From Hyaloraphidium curvatum SAG 235-1 (taxonomy: Eukaryota; Fungi; Monoblepharomycota): a stretch of DNA of 64,000 nucleotides. This document shows positions 58,653-64,000 of this stretch, piece by piece. The notes beneath the pieces are model-generated. The model saw only the letters and a program-made list of their open reading frames with translations. It did no database searches and was not told the DNA's origin. Where the stretch lies: contig JAIVFI010000019.1 of NCBI GenBank assembly GCA_025558095.1, forward strand, positions 434,001-498,000, written 5' to 3'. Position numbers and translations under genes: made by a program. The number at the start of each line of letters is the position of its first letter. Position 1 is the first letter of the stretch.

Positions 58653-61600
58653 CTAGCGTTCGATGGAGTTCTGCCAACGCTGATCACTCGCATTCATCAA
58701 AGACCATCGACAAGTCATTCGTAAGGATGCCATCCAAGCTGTGTCCTGAGCCAATACTACGGCGTGCAACCGCTTCCCACTTTTCCACGTGCCTGCGGAG
58801 AGCGTCGGCTGCAACGTCTCCCTCGAGCTCAGAGAGGCTCTGCTCGATCTTCCCCAGCAGCTCACGAACCTGTCAACAATGCATGGATGATTAGAATTGA
58901 GGTCAACGCCTACGACTTGGTCTCGGCGTACCGCGTGAACCGTGGCTTCGAGGTCCCGCTCCCGTTCCGGCTCGTTGCCGATGGTCCCATCCGCGACAGC
59001 TGCAACGAGCCACTTGCACATTCGTCTCCATTTTGCTTCGCATTCTTCGCCCAGCATTTCCTGGACGCTCTGCCGCAACGAATCCCCCAAGACCGACATG
59101 AGCTCTTGAAGCGAGGCGGCAACGCGCGTCCCGTCCTCCAACGGAAAGCCTTCCGAGTCCGTTTCGCAGGCAAACAACGCAAGGGTCGATCGAATACGAA
59201 GATGCCAATTGTCCATGGACTCGCAGATGGAGCGTCGCATGGCAAACAGCGACTGTGTTGCCGACATGGGCAGAGGGCTGAGGAATGAAACCGGCAACGC
59301 CTCGGACCGAACGTCTCCCTCTTTGCCCTCACGCTCGCCGACGACGACGGCATAGTCGCCGATCTCCGCAAGCAGCCGCTCCGATCTTGTGACGAGATCC
59401 TCGAGCTCGTGAAGAAGCAAAGAAAGCGCATCAAGTTTGCCGTCCTTTCCGCTGGCCCTGATCTTCTGCTGCGAAATCCATCGTTTGCAACGCTGGAAAG
59501 CAGCTTCAGTGTCTCCGACGAGCCCATCCGTTGGATCAGGAGAATGTAGTTGCGAACCCTTCGAAGGTGGAAAGAGCGCTTCCAGCTTCTCCAGCCGCAC
59601 CGCCAGCGTTTCCAGGGGGGCCTGTGCCTTCCCCAAAAGGTATGTGGCCCGCGAAAGGGGCTGCGGCTTGTCGCCGCTCGATCGGCCGTTTGGCTTTTCC
59701 GGAACCGAAAAGTGGTGCTCCAGGATGGAATGGAGTCTGTCCTGCCAGCGAATCATGGAGCGGCAAACGGTTGAAACGTCCTTGAATGCATACTCTGCCG
59801 CCGTGTTCAGTCCATCCGGCAAATCTGCCTCCCTGAGCACCGTCTTTCCTCTTGAAAAGGCAGAAGTCGCGGCATCCTCCGTCTCTAGTCTGGACACGAG
59901 CGACCGGTGGAAGCGCTGCATCTCGGTCGAGATTACCGAAAGCTCCTCGACATCCGAGCTGTCGTTTTGTGCTTGTGACGCGGCAATTTCGGCAACGACG
60001 GAGCGGAACTCGGCAATGATAGGCCATGCAGCCTCCAGGATCGGGAAGAGGTGGCCGTGCAAAGCAGAGACCTGTTCCGTCAGCAGCCTGTGAATCAGAT
60101 TGGCTCTGTAGTGGAGCGTATCCAGCCCCGAAGCCGGATCCTTGGCAGAACTCGGCTGACGATTTCCCGACAGCTTCGTCACCGCAGAAGCCATCGCACT
60201 GGCTTGCATTGTCCACCAGGAAATCTCCTTTTCTGCAGCGTGCAATCGTTCTTGCAGGGAGATCGTTTCCGCCTCGGCAACCATTCCAAGGTTTGGCTGC
60301 TGGCGGCTTTCCCGCTTCCTTCCGCGCGTCAAGGACGGAGCCAGATGCTCCTTGGTTTCGGCGGCCGTTTGCGGCCGTGAGCGAGGCGCGCTGGGCCCGG
60401 CTTCCCAACCTTCCGACAATCTCTCCAAAGCCCGCTCAAGCCTGTCCAAATCCATGTCCAGCTGCTCCAGCTGAATTCCCACACCACCAGTGAAGGCCCT
60501 GTGCTTGCCCAGCTCCTGGTACAAATGCTTCAGGTGGCCCGGCACTTTCTTGAACATGTCCTTGTAGCGGCTCCGGATCTCGTGCAGGACCATGCCCCTT
60601 TCGCGCATCGACACCGTCGACTGTCGCACGATCTCGGCAAAAACAGAGTGATAGATGTCGTGCTCCTCGCGAACCACATGCAGCAGTTCTGAGGGGTTGC
60701 AAGGGTACCTGATCTCCAGCGCGAGCGCAGCAGAAGCATGGACTTGGCTTTGCGATGGTTCGCCACTGGCGGATGCCCCTGAAGGACCGCCCTCCGAGAT
60801 GCCCCGAAGCGCTTGCATCATGGATTCCTGTAGAAGCCTCATTTCGTGCCTCGTCACAGGATTCAAGGAAACCCTTCGTGACAGCACTTTCGAGGGTGAG
60901 ACAGGTCTGGGAGCTCCCTCTTTCGTTTCCTTGGGCTTCTTTGCTTCCGGTTCCCTTCGTGTCTTGTTCTTGGCAGATTCACCGGGCGTCTGCTGTCGCG
61001 CAAAGTCGTCCTCCAGACTTCCAACGGGAATGAGGTGCTCGAGGCGGCTCCTCGTCGAAGAGTAGTCGAAGGCGGGCGCGGACTTGACCGGCTTCCGCGA
61101 CGGAGGGCCACTGTACTGGTGCTTCTCCCCGCGCAGAGACGGAGGTGCCGAATCCATTCGCGAAGGGAAGGTAGGCAGTGTCGACAACTCCGCTTCACCC
61201 CGTCTGCCTGAATGTGACACGCCGGGATCTGCGGACCTGTAGCTGGCATCGATGGGCTCTTCAGGCAAAGGACCGTTGATAGAGACCCCTCCGTCAAGTG
61301 TAGGCGGGCGAGGGAGCTCCGGCTCGCCGTCGGTGCGAGCCTTCCGAAGCTTGCTCCTTCGTCCCGGATCCCGATTGCCATCATTCTCAAGCACTTCGGT
61401 GATTTTGCTTCCGTCAACGCTGACGTCCGACTCTCCCACGTCGACGGACGATGCCGTTTCCGGGGTCTGCCTCGAACGGGCGCGCTCCTTGAGGCGGAAG
61501 CGCCGCCGATGCGACTTCGAATGGCTCCGACGTAGAACGAGCACTTTCTGCACTTTCGTTGGCGATGGAGATTCGGCTTCAGCGGCAGCCGAACCGGGCT

Positions 61601-61849
61601 CCATGCTTTCGCGGTCGAAGAGTGCGCTTTTGGCGCGAAAGAGCACGCTCGCGCGCTTCCACTTCCCCCCCTCGGTCGTCCGCACTCAAGACTGCGGCCA
61701 TCGAGCCCGCTACACACTCTGCCGGTACGTATTTATGTCGCGGCATTCCCGACGCCGCGGTCTTCGGGTGTCGCAGCCCGCCGAGGCCTCCAGGAACGCG
61801 TCTCTTACCCTTCCTCCTTTCGGGACGAACCCAACTCCAGGCCCATCAT
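58653..61849 (-). CDS. Axonemal dynein light chain domain protein (AXDND1-like), coiled coil
   Basis: The 1010-aa ORF contains EHDIYHSVFAEIVRQSTVSMRERGMVLHEIRSRY, matching the p28/DNALI1-type domain as in AXDND1. Start and last exons are uncertain. Confidence 0.7.
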
Positions 61850-61992
61850 AGGCTTCCCTCTGCAGCCTCCGAGTGTTTCTCACTGCTAGAGGGTTTTGGA
61901 AAGCGTTCCGGGGCACGCAGGGTGCGGCGAGACCCGACTTTCGACGCGGACGACCCGCGTGCCTGTAACCTTTAGCGCCGCCGCCAACCACC

Positions 61993-63594
61993 ATGGCGGG
62001 CGACGACGAGACGTTTGATTTGTACGGCGACGAGCCTGCTTACCCTGGAGAGTCTGGCGGGGTGAGTTTTGTACGGCCGATGGCCTGTCGGTGTACTCGT
62101 CCAGGCGGACGGCGCAACGCTCTTGCACGGGAGCAATGGCGAAGCAGAAATGCTGGCGATGTCTTGCCTGTACTTGTGGCGCGGGTTTGCGCGGCTGCCG
62201 TCGGTTTGCTCTGTTCTGTACCTAAATGTCTTCTCTCCCTCCTCTCATGTGCTATGTCGTGGACGATACACCTGTTTGCCCATCGGTACGCCCTTCTTTG
62301 TTGTAACTCCTATCGTTGGCCCCGTTCTTCGGTCGAACGCACCCGCAGCCCGAGCTCTACGACGACATTCTCGATGACGCCCCGCCCGCCTCGGCCCCGC
62401 CTGTCCAGCACGACCCGCCCGCACCGCGGGACCCCCGGCTTTCCCACGATTCCCGCGACCGGGATCGGGATCGCGATCGGGAGCGCGAACGGGAGCGGGA
62501 CTTCCGGCCTCCGCCCGCGGCACCGCAGCCCGAGACGAGGCACGTGTACAACGACTTTTCCAGCACGCAGATCCAGGCGACCGTGGACAGGAACTACTCC
62601 GGCACCGCCTCGGGCGGTCGAGGGGGCTTCGGAGGCGGCGGACGGGGAGGGTTCGGCGGGGGCGGCCGGGGCGGATTCTCCGGCGACTCGGACAGGGGCC
62701 CGATGGAGAGGGGTACGGACTCGCCGGTCGGACCCAACGGCGCGAGGAGCTATGGGCTGTTTGTCGGGGAGCTGCATTGGGTGCGTTCACGTTTCGATCT
62801 CGCATTCCGTGGCAATCGCTGACGCACGTTTTCGCAGTGGACGTCGGACCAGGATCTGAGGCAGTGCGCCGTGCGTGCAGGGCTCGGGGACACGATCATC
62901 GCCAAAGAGACCACGTTCTTCGAGCACAAGGTCAACGGAAAGTCCAGGGGCACGGCGTACATCGAGTTCACGGACCCGACGGCGGTGATCCAGATGAAGG
63001 AGTGGCTTGATCACAAGTGAGCCTTCTTTACTTTCTGTGCAGGCAGCGACTAATCGATGGACCTCGTTTGCCAGCGAGATCAACGGCAAGCGCCCCGAGG
63101 TCAAGTACGCCCCGCCCACCTTCGGCAGCGGCAGCAACCCCTTCCGCATCGTCCCCAAGGACCCCAAGGAAGCTCGCGCCGAAGCCGCCGCCATGGGCCT
63201 GACCCCCGGCGCCGGCGGCGGGCCCATGCGCAGCAGCGGGCCCACGCGCGGCACCGGCCCCGCACAAGGGGGGCAGAGATATTCGCCCTACGGCACCTCG
63301 GCGCCGCGGCCGAGGCCTTCTGGCGAGGACGGGTACGGCAGGGGGGGCTACGCGGGCGGCGGAGGTGGAGGCGGGGGCTACGGTTCGGGAGGATATGGCC
63401 AAGGAGGGGGTTACGCACCGCGGCCGAGGCCGATGGGCGGGCCGCCGCCTGCGGGCGGGTATCCGCCTCGTCCGCCCTACGGGCAGGGTGGGGGCTACGG
63501 CGGGCCTGGAGGTTATCCGGCGAGGGGGGGATACGCCCCCCCGGGCAGGGGCGGTGCGCACGTGAACCCGGCCTTCTTCGACGGGCAGCGGTGA
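61993..63594 (+). CDS. CPSF6: Cleavage factor Im large subunit (CPSF6/CFIm68-like RRM protein)
   Basis: DLYGD N-terminus, LFVGELHW|[32 protein letters not shown]. Confidence 0.88.
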
Positions 63595-63751
63595 TGCGGC
63601 GATGCAGCGATGCATGAACAACAGCCGTGTTGCACCAAGAGAGCTATACATACAGTCTTTCCCTCATCCCCTGCGGCGAATACGTGCGACATATTACATA
63701 GTGCGATCCCCGGGCGTCCAGCGCCCGCGTCCAGCCGTCGCCCGCGACGGC

Positions 63752-64000
63752 CTAGGCCTGCCTCGACATGGCGGCGGTCGGGGTCATGACCACGTCCGCG
63801 TTGCTGACCGAGTGCGCCGTGGCGAGGGTGTCGACCGACATCCTCCTGTCGCGGAACGACATCCGCCGCGGCTTCTCCTCGGGCGCCGCGAGCATCTCGG
63901 GCTTGGCCTCGGGCTTGGGCTCCTCCGGGGCCGGGGCGGGAGCGGGAGCGGCGGGCGCGGGCTTGCGGAAGAGGCGGTACCCCAGGAAGGCGAGCAGCGC
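63752..64000 (-). CDS. 3' end of a membrane-anchored protein (partial, runs off window)
   Basis: Manual translation ALLAFLGYRLFRKPAPAAPAPAP...AAMSRQA* with strong GC3 codon bias. Confidence 0.6.
   Translation of the reverse strand, partial: ALLAFLGYRLFRKPAPAAPAPAPAPEEPKPEAKPEMLAAPEEKPRRMSFRDRRMSVDTLATAHSVSNADVVMTPTAAMSRQA

Overview
Eukaryotic, intron-rich, GC-rich genomic DNA. It is most likely from an early-diverging (zoosporic-lineage) fungus: it carries fungal-type Drs2, Atg1, Whi2, NoxR and GT49 genes together with AXDND1, SOSS-B, CPSF6, an ACE-type M2 peptidase and a ROF1-type FKBP. The taxonomy is inference. Positions 1-~9.55 kb are a dense nest of retroelements. A minus-strand non-LTR (RTE-X-like) LINE is interrupted by a solo LTR and by a Ty1/copia insertion with a GTGAT target-site duplication and an inverted interior. 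That interior holds further LINE copies, including one inserted into itself; removing 669 bp restores an intact RT ORF. A Ty3/gypsy integrase fragment follows. From ~9.7 kb to the end is a very compact gene array: DRS2, AFF/Ebp1-like protein, EXO84, ATG1, a membrane-anchored pseudo-GH5, a homeobox TF, HTD2-like dehydratase, PIF1, eIF4G, NoxR, PSF1, an unknown membrane protein, ACE-like peptidase, WHI2, acyl-CoA thioesterase, GT49, FAD monooxygenase, DUF2470 protein, Rieske protein, SOSS-B, multi-domain FKBP, AXDND1-like protein, CPSF6 and a partial gene. The most unusual items are the self-nesting LINE with a conserved 3' stem-loop, the catalytically dead GH5 with a transmembrane hairpin inside its barrel, the NoxR with a polyproline/WH2-like module, the DUF2470-Rieske pair 24 bp apart, and the AFF4-CHD-like protein. 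Gene boundaries were read by eye from motifs and GT/AG signals and are approximate.
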